The notes: generated by a model not told the origin, from the letters alone. Counted from the first letter of the stretch, positions 7,460-15,876 are shown. The stretch: DNA of 15,915 bases from Candidatus Helarchaeota archaeon (GCA_029838215.1 JALGVI010000063.1:1-15915), one strand, 5' to 3'. Made by a program: numbers and translations.

Positions 7460-8644
7460 TCACTTCAACTGTTTTCTTTTGGGGAGTTCGGCAATACGCT
7501 TTGATAGGGCGAATACTGCAGCCGCCATTGGTAAGTTCACTTTTTCGCCACCTTCATATGGACCGTAAATACAATCCATCATGCGAAATTCAGGACACTT
7601 TCTCATCACTAAATAAATTTCTCCCCTTTTAAAAGCAATGGCATCTTTTAAGGGATCAAATCGATCTAAAAAATCTAATGAAACCGGGATGGCTATAAGA
7701 CCAGTCTTTCCATGAAGAGACGATGGCAAGCGCAATAACCGTTTTATATCAAAGGAGACAGGAGCATCTATTTTTGCATTTATCTCAGAAACTAATTTAT
7801 TTGATAATATCGACCAGGTTTTTTGCGAGATCCCTGATACTGATTTTAATTTTGAAGGATTTTTGGAAAGACCTTGTAAGAAAGTTGTCGAGTAGTTAAT
7901 TAACTTGTTTTTAACGGGTTTTTGAATGCTAAATTTTCCCAATTTTTCCATGCTGATGTTTTGAAATAAATCAAGAAAAGCAGCATGCATTCGTCTTTGC
8001 CAGCCATATTTTGTGAGGTCTTTTTTGATAAATAAAGCTTGATCTAGGTTTAAATCAATTCCAAGTAAATAATCTACTATTTCTTGGCGTTCTCTCTGCT
8101 CCAAATATTTATAATCTTCAGCCATTACTTCTATGTGATAACCCCTATTTCCACTAAACTTGACGAGCATGTCAGATTTACTCAAGCCAAAATCGGGAAT
8201 CAAAAAATCCTCAATCACGCGTTGTGTCTCGGATTTCGCAACGTCAAGACAATTATCACATATCCAGTTCTTCGAATCAAAACGCGTGCTTCCACACTTA
8301 CATCTCGCGGGTGGAGCACCTTTCCCCTTACTACCACATTCCTTGCACTTATAAGTATCATGATCTTTTTGACAAGTCAATGGAAGATGATCTGCATCAA
8401 TGTCAATGATGAAATTGCAAGCATAGCTATCTTTTTCATCCATGCTAGACGCACTTGGACTATGGTAATAAGCCGCAGAAACATAAGCATGCTGAGGTGC
8501 TCTTTCAATCAGAAAATTCTGAAGTTCGACAACGGATAGAAAACTCAGATGTCTTTGCATCATCCCCATCTTGTCCCAATAAAAAAATCCAAATTCCCTG
8601 TTTCCAATATGATCGAGACCCGTAAGACGCTTGCCTTCATTCAA
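7460..8644 (-). CDS. priS: DNA primase small (catalytic) subunit PriS
   Basis: REFGF, HAYVSAAYY, catalytic DIDADH, FSGNRGYH and DIKRLLRLPSSLHGKTGL motifs, plus a Cys-rich Zn module. Confidence 0.95.
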   Translation of the reverse strand: MNEGKRLTGLDHIGNREFGFFYWDKMGMMQRHLSFLSVVELQNFLIERAPQHAYVSAAYYHSPSASSMDEKDSYACNFIIDIDADHLPLTCQKDHDTYKCKECGSKGKGAPPARCKCGSTRFDSKNWICDNCLDVAKSETQRVIEDFLIPDFGLSKSDMLVKFSGNRGYHIEVMAEDYKYLEQRERQEIVDYLLGIDLNLDQALFIKKDLTKYGWQRRMHAAFLDLFQNISMEKLGKFSIQKPVKNKLINYSTTFLQGLSKNPSKLKSVSGISQKTWSILSNKLVSEINAKIDAPVSFDIKRLLRLPSSLHGKTGLIAIPVSLDFLDRFDPLKDAIAFKRGEIYLVMRKCPEFRMMDCIYGPYEGGEKVNLPMAAAVFALSKRIAELPKRKQLK

Positions 8645-8676
8645 GTAATATTCTTTAAACCTAGTTTTTAAAAATT

Positions 8677-9909
8677 TTACTTCCCTGTTTTCTTCGATTT
8701 CTGTTTCCCCCTCGTCATTTTCAAATACTTTACAAGCGGAGGTGCCGCTTTTCGAATGGGAAAAAATGGATAGAAGAAGAATTGAAGAAGAATTGAAATG
8801 AAATGAGGAAAGATTATCTTTTCAAGCATCCAAACCATCCTTCTAAAAAAATTTACGGGATTTTTTATCTTTCCCTCTGAACACCAATTATAAAGGTCCA
8901 CGCTGGGAGAAATATAACAAAAGCCCTTAGTTCTCAAGCTCTTGCATCCAAAACTGTAATATTCCTTTTTCAAGGCGTGTTCTATGAAATATTCTGACTT
9001 ATCGGCTTTAAAGTCAGGAGAATGTGCAAACAATTTTAGGAGTTCATCCTTCTTGAAACCAATGCTTAGAAGAAAAAATTCTATGACGAGGCGCTCATCG
9101 TTTGAAAGATTTCTTCCAGCCAAAATATCATTATATAATTTATTGATGCAACCTGGAAATGCTTCGTTATATACATTTCCTGTATAATATTCGCCGATTT
9201 TTCGCTCTTTCTTGAAATCGTTTATTTTCGCCTTGAATTCCAGCCCTTTTTCTATCAATAGTTTAGGGAGATCGGTTTCTTCCATTTCCCCAATTATGCG
9301 TGAAATCCGTTTTGTAATCCATTTTCTCAACACTTCTTCAAATATTTGATGTAATTCTCGTCCATCTAAATTACGGACATAACCATCTCCAACTCTTCGG
9401 TTGACTAACTTCCACTTCTTTTCCATGTTATGCTTTAATTTTACATCTTTAAGCGGTATTCTAATCTCGGATAAATATTTCAAGTAATCGATTACTTTCA
9501 TTTTCCAGGTAGTCGGTTCGGTATCTTCAGGTTCGATTTTTGCGCCTAATTCCGCTATGAGTTCGATGATTTTTGAGTCCTTTTCTTTTTTTATTGACAT
9601 TCGGGTTCGTTTAGCGAAGGCTTCAGCATATCTTTGGATAAACCATTTATCATTAATGAATGAAACCAGGGCATTTTGAACGGAATAACTAAGGAATTCC
9701 GTGGCTCCTTTCCCGAGCTCCTTTGATGCAAAACTGTCAATATCTTCTAGAATAAGGTCCAAATTTTTTTCAACATTTTCCAAGACTTCAGGAACGTCAT
9801 TTAGAATGTTAAAAAGCGTGAAATTATGCTCGACTATTATTTCTCTTGCACTCGCAACAAAAGGATACTTTGCATAATAAGACCAGTTTATTTCAGAAAG
9901 GAGAGGCAT
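8677..9909 (-). CDS. priL: DNA primase large subunit PriL with C-terminal Fe-S domain and a hydrophobic tail
   Basis: YPF at the N-terminus; Fe-S domain FPGCI...G.NLSNDER...FSHSPDF-like...YQ/YF..EH...Y.FGCKSL...GFC...WC...KNP with four Cys; directly upstream of priS. Confidence 0.92.
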   Translation of the reverse strand: MPLLSEINWSYYAKYPFVASAREIIVEHNFTLFNILNDVPEVLENVEKNLDLILEDIDSFASKELGKGATEFLSYSVQNALVSFINDKWFIQRYAEAFAKRTRMSIKKEKDSKIIELIAELGAKIEPEDTEPTTWKMKVIDYLKYLSEIRIPLKDVKLKHNMEKKWKLVNRRVGDGYVRNLDGRELHQIFEEVLRKWITKRISRIIGEMEETDLPKLLIEKGLEFKAKINDFKKERKIGEYYTGNVYNEAFPGCINKLYNDILAGRNLSNDERLVIEFFLLSIGFKKDELLKLFAHSPDFKADKSEYFIEHALKKEYYSFGCKSLRTKGFCYISPSVDLYNWCSEGKIKNPVNFFRRMVWMLEKIIFPHFISILLQFFFYPFFPIRKAAPPLVKYLKMTRGKQKSKKTGK

Positions 9910-10039
9910 GAAATTCCGTCTCTTTTTCTTTTTTATTAAGATTCAATTAAGAATTTTTATGTTTAAGTTTGAGAGATCATGAAATTATTGAAAAAATAAA
10001 TATTTCTGACTTTCGTTTGTTTCCATTAAATAAGGAATC

Positions 10040-10062
10040 CGAAAGAAAAGAAGAAAAGGAGT
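10040..10062 (-). terminator. Putative pyrimidine-rich terminator downstream of the hdrA-mvhD/polyferredoxin pair
   Basis: Minus strand reads CCTTTTCTTCTTTTCTTTCGG ~40-60 nt after the stop at 10099. Confidence 0.4.
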
Positions 10063-10098
10063 CCATTTTTTGATCCGAAGCTAAAAATCACGTGAAAA

Positions 10099-11007
10099 TC
10101 ATTTATACTGGTATTTTACTTTACGTTTCGTTCGACCTTCGAGCCAGAACCGGGTCTTGATGGTATGAAGGTCTTTTTTGGCAAATTGCAGTCGGTCTTT
10201 TAGTTCTTTTAATGCTTCAGGATCCACGTGAGGAATTGCTTGTGTTTCAAAGATTTTTTTGGTGATTTCTTCAATTTGCTGGGGAATATCTCTAATCTCA
10301 AGGGGTGGAAATGTCATTCCGGTTATCTTTTCGATGGCTTGGAGCCAAGAACGTGTCCACGGAGCTTCAATTTCCTTCTTGAACTTGATTGTTTTTCGTC
10401 GGACTTCGATTAATTTTTCGGGACATCCAACGGCACATGCTCCACAATATATGCAGCGTGGTTCGTCAAGAACGATTTTATCTTTAGACATTTTTGGAGA
10501 TGAAAGTGCATCTGTAGGACAGATTTTATAACAAACGACACAACCAACGGGGTCGCATTTTTCCATGTCGTGAAAAATTAGCTTTCCCTGAATGGGAGAA
10601 TCATAATTTTTGATGTCTTTTAGTTCTGGAGGAATGAGGATCTTGTGTTTTTCGTCTGAATCGTACTTGCGTTTTAATTTCAAATAATCGTCCATGTCCA
10701 TGACAGAAGTTTCGTTGAATTTGAATGTAATTGCATTTGTCAGGCAAAGAGCTGCACACAAACCACAAAAAATGCAACGTTCCGGGTCAAAAAGTTGGAA
10801 AGGTGCTTCGAGTAGACCAGACACGACAGATCCTATGGGACCCATTTCGATTGCTTGGGTTGGGCAAATTGCGTTACAGATCCCACAACCAATGCATTTA
10901 TTATTTTCGAATAAGAGCGTTTTTTCGTCCTTCTCAGATTTCCAGATTAGAGAAGTGGTGTTTTCATCAGGCATGTCAAACTCTACTGATATTTCTTTTT
11001 CAGTCAT
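10099..11007 (-). CDS. Polyferredoxin with four 4Fe-4S motifs, resembling a shortened FwdF/FmdF
   Basis: CIGCGICNAICP, CIFCGLCAALCL, CDPVGCVVCYKICP and CIYCGACAVGCP. The AIEMGPIGSVVSGLLEAP linker and the W...W..AIEKI segment after the last cluster resemble FwdF as I recall it. Confidence 0.8.
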   Translation of the reverse strand: MTEKEISVEFDMPDENTTSLIWKSEKDEKTLLFENNKCIGCGICNAICPTQAIEMGPIGSVVSGLLEAPFQLFDPERCIFCGLCAALCLTNAITFKFNETSVMDMDDYLKLKRKYDSDEKHKILIPPELKDIKNYDSPIQGKLIFHDMEKCDPVGCVVCYKICPTDALSSPKMSKDKIVLDEPRCIYCGACAVGCPEKLIEVRRKTIKFKKEIEAPWTRSWLQAIEKITGMTFPPLEIRDIPQQIEEITKKIFETQAIPHVDPEALKELKDRLQFAKKDLHTIKTRFWLEGRTKRKVKYQYK

Positions 11008-11010
11008 GTT

Positions 11011-13383
11011 TTAACTCTCCTCTTTTTTAAATTCACTTCCAATGGGACCAATTTCCAACAATTCTTCTGTAAAATCTTCTATAATTTGCTTGATTTTAAG
11101 ACCTTCTGCTGCCGATGCGCTTTCAACACGAAGACGTTGCGGGCTAATGCCAATTTCGGACAAAATTTCTCTAAGTCCTTTTTCGCGTTGAAGCATGTGG
11201 GTGAATCCGGTTCTATAGTGACATGTTTGTTCATAGCAACCCGATACGAGCACGCCATCCGCACCTTTCTCAAATGCATGCAGGATATAAAGGGGACTAA
11301 CCGCACCAGTACATGGTACTCGGATGATTCTGATGTTAGTTGGATATTCAATTCTTGATGCCCCTGCCAAGTCTGCGGCAGCATAAGAACACCAGTTGCA
11401 GAAGAATCCTATTATAAAAGGATATTCTGTTTTTTCCTCGAGGGCATCAAGCTCAGCCATTATCTGTTCTTGGGTAAATTGAGGTTGGGAAAGTGCACCT
11501 GACGGACACCCAGCAGTACAGACCCCACATCCAATACAAGATGCTTTATTCACGTATATCTCATTTTCCCTGAATTCAATGGCGTTGGAATCACACAAGC
11601 TAATACAAAGCTTGCATCGCAGGCATTTATCTCTATCAACAACCGGAGCAATGGGTGCTACTTCTATCTCTTTCTTGATTGCAATGGCAGCGGCTTCAAT
11701 AGCGGCCAGAGATGCATGTGCCACGGAGTCTTGAATGTCTTTTGGTCCCTGAACACATCCTGCGAGAAAGATACCCGGAATTAGAGACTCCGCAGGACGG
11801 AGTTTTGGATGGGCTTCCATCAAGAAACCATCTGGACTAACCGGAAGGTGTAATTTCTTAATGAGATCTGCAAGTCCAGAGTCTGGTCCAAGTCCAACAG
11901 AAAGTACGACTAAATCTGCATCCAATTCCATTATTTTTCCAAGCATGCTATCTTCAGTTCTCAAAGTAAGATTCTTTGTCACGGGGTCTTCCAATATTTC
12001 GGATACTCTTCCCCTAATAAAATTAATATTGTGGTCCATTTGAGCTTTAACATAGAATTCTTCATAACCTTTTCCAAACGCGCGAATATCAATGAAACAA
12101 ACATTAACCTCAGCATCAGGATTGTGCTCTTTTATTTGTCGAGATTGCTTGATCGCATACATGCAGCAAACTCTTGAACAGTATTCTCTTTCGATCCGCT
12201 TGTCCCTGCTACCAACACATTGGACAAATGCAACTTTTTCAATGCGCTTTCCATCGGAAGGACGCAATAACTCTCCTTTCGTGGGACCTGAAGGTGAAAG
12301 AAGTCTCTCCATTTCAAGCCCCGTGATCACGTTTGAATACCGTCCATATCCGAATTCGTCATATTCAACATATTTTGACGGGTCAAATGTTTCATATCCT
12401 GAGGCAACAATGATGGCGCCCACCTTCAATTCGATTATTTTTTCCTTATCTTCATAATTGATGGCATCGTGTTCACAAAAGATCTCACAATTTCTGCAAC
12501 CAATACAGGCGTTTTCATCAATTACTGCTTGAAGAGGAATGGATTGCGGGAATTGAAGATATATTGCCTTGCGGGTGCCAAACTGGTTGAACTCATTAGG
12601 AACATCAATCGGACAGTGCGATGAACAATCTTCAATGCATCCGGAATTACAATTTTCGTTAACAAAACGCGGTTTTCTCAATATCTTAACCGTAAAATTA
12701 CCGATCATTCCTTTGACTTCAAGCAATTCTGAAAGCGTCAATAACTCTATTTTTTCATGTATTGAAGTCTCAACCATTAAAGGAGATAAGATGCAAATTG
12801 CACAATCTAAAGTCGGAAAGACCTTGTCAAACATTGCCATGTGCCCGCCAATGGAAGGATTTCTTTCTACCAAGTAAACTTTAATTCCTAAATCTGCCAG
12901 TTTTAATGCCGCTTTAACGCCCGCTACACCACCTCCCAAGATTAATACTGCTTGGCTCACGGGCAATTTCTCTTTTTCCAATGGGCTTTTACATTTTATC
13001 TTTCCAATTGCCATTTTTATTAAATCTACGGCTTTCTTTGTCGCATTTTCTGGTGACGAACGATGAACCCATGAATCCTGCTCGCGGATATTCGCAATTT
13101 CTACCATGAATTGGTTCAAGCCGGCGTGCTTGACGGTATCTTGAAATAGGAGTTCGTGCATCTTGGGAGAACAAGCAGCAATTACAACACCGTCCAGATT
13201 TTTTTCTTGAATTGTATTTTTCAGCAATAATAGACCGACTTCGCTGCACATGTATTCGTTATCTATGACCTCTACATCAGGTAACCTTTTGATCTCTTCC
13301 ACTACACGCTTGACATCAACTACCGCACCAATATTATGACCACAATGGCAAACAAATACTCCAATTCGCAAGATGGACACCAA
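11011..13383 (-). CDS. hdrA: Heterodisulfide reductase subunit A fused to a C-terminal MvhD ([2Fe-2S]) domain
   Basis: RIGVFVCHCG, YMCS, AACSP, NIREQDSWVH, GGGVAG FAD site, DCAICILSP, CVGSRD, YCSRVCCMY and two C-terminal ferredoxin motifs. These are followed by MvhD motifs FCNWCSYAAADLAG, IRVPCTG and GVLVSGC...CHY. Start codon is TTG (13383) or GTG (13380). Confidence 0.95.
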   Translation of the reverse strand: MVSILRIGVFVCHCGHNIGAVVDVKRVVEEIKRLPDVEVIDNEYMCSEVGLLLLKNTIQEKNLDGVVIAACSPKMHELLFQDTVKHAGLNQFMVEIANIREQDSWVHRSSPENATKKAVDLIKMAIGKIKCKSPLEKEKLPVSQAVLILGGGVAGVKAALKLADLGIKVYLVERNPSIGGHMAMFDKVFPTLDCAICILSPLMVETSIHEKIELLTLSELLEVKGMIGNFTVKILRKPRFVNENCNSGCIEDCSSHCPIDVPNEFNQFGTRKAIYLQFPQSIPLQAVIDENACIGCRNCEIFCEHDAINYEDKEKIIELKVGAIIVASGYETFDPSKYVEYDEFGYGRYSNVITGLEMERLLSPSGPTKGELLRPSDGKRIEKVAFVQCVGSRDKRIEREYCSRVCCMYAIKQSRQIKEHNPDAEVNVCFIDIRAFGKGYEEFYVKAQMDHNINFIRGRVSEILEDPVTKNLTLRTEDSMLGKIMELDADLVVLSVGLGPDSGLADLIKKLHLPVSPDGFLMEAHPKLRPAESLIPGIFLAGCVQGPKDIQDSVAHASLAAIEAAAIAIKKEIEVAPIAPVVDRDKCLRCKLCISLCDSNAIEFRENEIYVNKASCIGCGVCTAGCPSGALSQPQFTQEQIMAELDALEEKTEYPFIIGFFCNWCSYAAADLAGASRIEYPTNIRIIRVPCTGAVSPLYILHAFEKGADGVLVSGCYEQTCHYRTGFTHMLQREKGLREILSEIGISPQRLRVESASAAEGLKIKQIIEDFTEELLEIGPIGSEFKKEES

Positions 13384-13512
13384 GAATTAAAAAAATTCAA
13401 ATCAACTAAACTAAAAAAAGTAGGATTAAAAATTTTCCAAAGAATTTCAATGTAATCAAGGCTCCGAGAGTATTTAATACAAGTTTTCTTCTCAAGAGAA
13501 CTGCAACAAGCA

Positions 13513-14913
13513 TTACTCGACGCAACAGCTCATTTTAGTAATATCTCTTCTGAACGATTGGGCACCGATCTTGATGGACTCAGATAACGTCGGAAACACG
13601 TGAATCGTTTCAATGACATCATCAATTGTCATGTTATTTTTGATGATCATGATGGACTCATGTATCAAATCCGCAGCATCAACTGCCAATACGTGTATCC
13701 CCAAGATTTGTCGTGTATTATTGTCCGAGACGATCTTTATTGCCCCTCTGGTATCTCGAATCGCACGTGCTTTCGGAACAACTTCCATCGGGATCGTCCT
13801 GCAATTGCAATTATATCCCTGCTTATTTGCCACTTCATCTGTTAGACCAACTTGAGCGAGTTGAGGATCCGTAAAAATCGCATTTGGGACAACTCTATAA
13901 TCCATTTTAATTTTGGTTTTAGAAACGGCATTATTTGCAGCAATCATTCCTTGTCGCGCTGCCACGGTTTCAAGCATGGGATCACCAACTACGTCGCCTG
14001 CGGCCCAAATATTTTTTGTTGCCTGCATTTCTTCATTGACAATGATTTCTCCTTTGCGCCCTAATTGCAAGTCAAGGTTTTCCAAGCCAAGATTTTCCGT
14101 GTTCGGCCGACGTCCCGTTGCAACCAGAAGCTGTTCTCCTTGAACACTCTCAGTCTGTCCTCCAATCTCGAATTCGACGTTTATCTTTCCATCAATTGTT
14201 TTAATTCTTCTGACATCTAAATTTGTATGAATCTCAATGCCTTCATCTTGTAAGTATTCTGCCAGAAGTTTCGTGAGGATATCTTCTGCTCTTGTTATTA
14301 TTCGGTCGGCGCGTTGTAGGAGGTATATTTTCGTGCCAAATCGCGAGAACATTTGAGCAAATTCAACGCCTAGCGGTCCACCTCCCAGAACTATTAGTGA
14401 GTTGGGACGTTTATTAAGGCTCAATATTTCCTTGTTCGTCAAGAAATTTATTTTTTCAATTCCTTCAATTGGAGGAATTATCGTCGAAGACCCTGTAGCG
14501 ATTATGAATTTGTCCGCTTCGTAGACTTCTCCGTTTACAATAACTTCGTTCTTCGACATGAATTGAGCATTACCATTAATGAAAGAAACATTGTTCAAAT
14601 TCGAAAGCACTTTCTCATATTTTTCAGCACGCAACACGTTTACGAGCTCATCTTTTTTCTCAAAAATTGTTTTAAAATCAAAAGATGCCGAAGTCGTCAA
14701 GCCACCAAAATCATTTGATCTTGCATCATGAATTAACTTGCTCACGTGCAATAGATGCTTTGTCGGAAGACAACCGACATTAACACATGTTCCACCTATT
14801 CCAACATCTGAATTATTAATGAATAATGATTTCGCGATCGAATCGTTTGCTTTTATAGCAGCAGAGAATCCTGCGGCACCTCCACCAATAATTATCAAAT
14901 CAAATTGAGACAT
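13513..14913 (-). CDS. merA: Mercuric reductase MerA-type flavoprotein disulfide oxidoreductase without an NmerA domain
   Basis: GGGAAG FAD site, GGTCVNVGCLPTK redox disulfide, second Rossmann GGGPLG...LQRADR, HVFPTLSE and the MerA-diagnostic C-terminal Cys pair (KMSCCVE). SD-like GAGG/GGAG upstream. Confidence 0.8.
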   Translation of the reverse strand: MSQFDLIIIGGGAAGFSAAIKANDSIAKSLFINNSDVGIGGTCVNVGCLPTKHLLHVSKLIHDARSNDFGGLTTSASFDFKTIFEKKDELVNVLRAEKYEKVLSNLNNVSFINGNAQFMSKNEVIVNGEVYEADKFIIATGSSTIIPPIEGIEKINFLTNKEILSLNKRPNSLIVLGGGPLGVEFAQMFSRFGTKIYLLQRADRIITRAEDILTKLLAEYLQDEGIEIHTNLDVRRIKTIDGKINVEFEIGGQTESVQGEQLLVATGRRPNTENLGLENLDLQLGRKGEIIVNEEMQATKNIWAAGDVVGDPMLETVAARQGMIAANNAVSKTKIKMDYRVVPNAIFTDPQLAQVGLTDEVANKQGYNCNCRTIPMEVVPKARAIRDTRGAIKIVSDNNTRQILGIHVLAVDAADLIHESIMIIKNNMTIDDVIETIHVFPTLSESIKIGAQSFRRDITKMSCCVE

Positions 14914-15070
14914 GATACTCCGATCCTCATTTAGAATTAGTCAAGAAAAACTAGTGAAAACTCATATATGATGGCTTGGTTCGATTTAAACAACTATTTG
15001 ATAAAAAATTAGTGATTTTAATTTTAATTCTTGTTAAATTGCTTTTTTCGCAATTATTGATCTAGATTTG

Positions 15071-15745
15071 CTATCTGAAGAAGAACTCCATTGTTGATCG
15101 TTCAACTTTCCGCAAGTGTTCGCCTATTGCTGAATTTGAAATTCCAAAATGTTTCGCTATTGCTTCGGTGCGAATTTTTTTAGGTGAGTCGTAATAGCCA
15201 TGACGAACTGCATACGAGGCAATTTCTCGTTGGCGATCCGTGAAATTCGGTTGAAGAAGATTTGATGGTAAAATGTCTTTTCCCACATCATTTATGGCCA
15301 AAACCTCTAATGATTTTGTAAATTGCCCAATCGTGTCATATAACTTTGATACTAAATTATCTTCGATGATCAGGTTGATCTTTATTGATTCCGAATCCAC
15401 GGTGAGTGGTGGGATGAAAGCCCATGGTCCTGGAGTGATTAATGCCTTTGGCCAAAAGCCTTTTTCCGTGCTCACTTTTACAATGCAAAGGATTGAATTA
15501 TCGACTTTTTTCAACAGGTGAAAGAAATCTACCTGTAGTTTGTCTTGAATTTTTTCGGACCAATTTATGTCTTCCCAGTTGTCCATTAATTCGGGTCGAA
15601 ATACGATTCGATCAAGGGAAAAAAAACTATTCTGATCATACTGGAAGGCATTCAATAGTTCTAAATACATTATTTCATTAAATACATCGGGATATCCTGC
15701 TTTAACTAAAAAATCCGAAGATAATCGCATTCTAATAAATTTCAT
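15071..15745 (-). CDS. Transcriptional regulator with a C-terminal HTH_10 (bacterio-opsin activator type) domain
   Basis: FTDRQREIASYAVRHGYYDSPKKIRTEAIAKHFGISNSAIGEHLRKVE matches the T.RQ.E.L..A...GYYD.PR....E.LA...GIS....EHLRK.E pattern. Confidence 0.88.
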   Translation of the reverse strand: MKFIRMRLSSDFLVKAGYPDVFNEIMYLELLNAFQYDQNSFFSLDRIVFRPELMDNWEDINWSEKIQDKLQVDFFHLLKKVDNSILCIVKVSTEKGFWPKALITPGPWAFIPPLTVDSESIKINLIIEDNLVSKLYDTIGQFTKSLEVLAINDVGKDILPSNLLQPNFTDRQREIASYAVRHGYYDSPKKIRTEAIAKHFGISNSAIGEHLRKVERSTMEFFFR

Positions 15746-15766
15746 GAAAAAAACTTCTCAATTTTA

Positions 15767-15774
15767 TTTATAAA
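15767..15774 (-). promoter_or_regulatory. TATA box of the HTH regulator gene (probably leaderless mRNA)
   Basis: TTTATAAA centred ~26 nt upstream of the ATG at 15745. Confidence 0.5.
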
Positions 15775-15788
15775 GCTATTGTAATAGA

Positions 15789-15806
15789 TGGTTGTCATGA
15801 CAAGCA
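15789..15806. promoter_or_regulatory. Palindromic candidate operator in the divergent promoter region
   Basis: Perfect 12-bp palindrome TTGTCATGACAA (15792-15803), extended by TG/CA after one mismatch. Confidence 0.45.
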
Positions 15807-15876
15807 CTTGATTCATAATACTTGTTTTTCATTATTTTCTTGTAATAAAATAACTGAATGAAACTCGTGATGCAAG

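Noticed and set aside
8084-8539. 151-aa plus-strand ORF and smaller nested ORFs
   Set aside because: Antisense to priS, with no motifs.
10228-13249. Multiple 60-120 aa alternative-frame and antisense ORFs over the polyferredoxin and hdrA
   Set aside because: Fully nested in strongly supported CDSs, with no independent family signatures.
13470-13500. Short dyads GTATT-T-AATAC and TTCTC-AA-GAGAA between merA and hdrA
   Set aside because: Arms of only 5 bp cannot be distinguished from chance.
14914-15070. Possible small merH/merP metallochaperone ORF or MerR operator upstream of merA
   Set aside because: No Cys-motif ORF and only a weak, imperfect dyad near the TTTAAA box.
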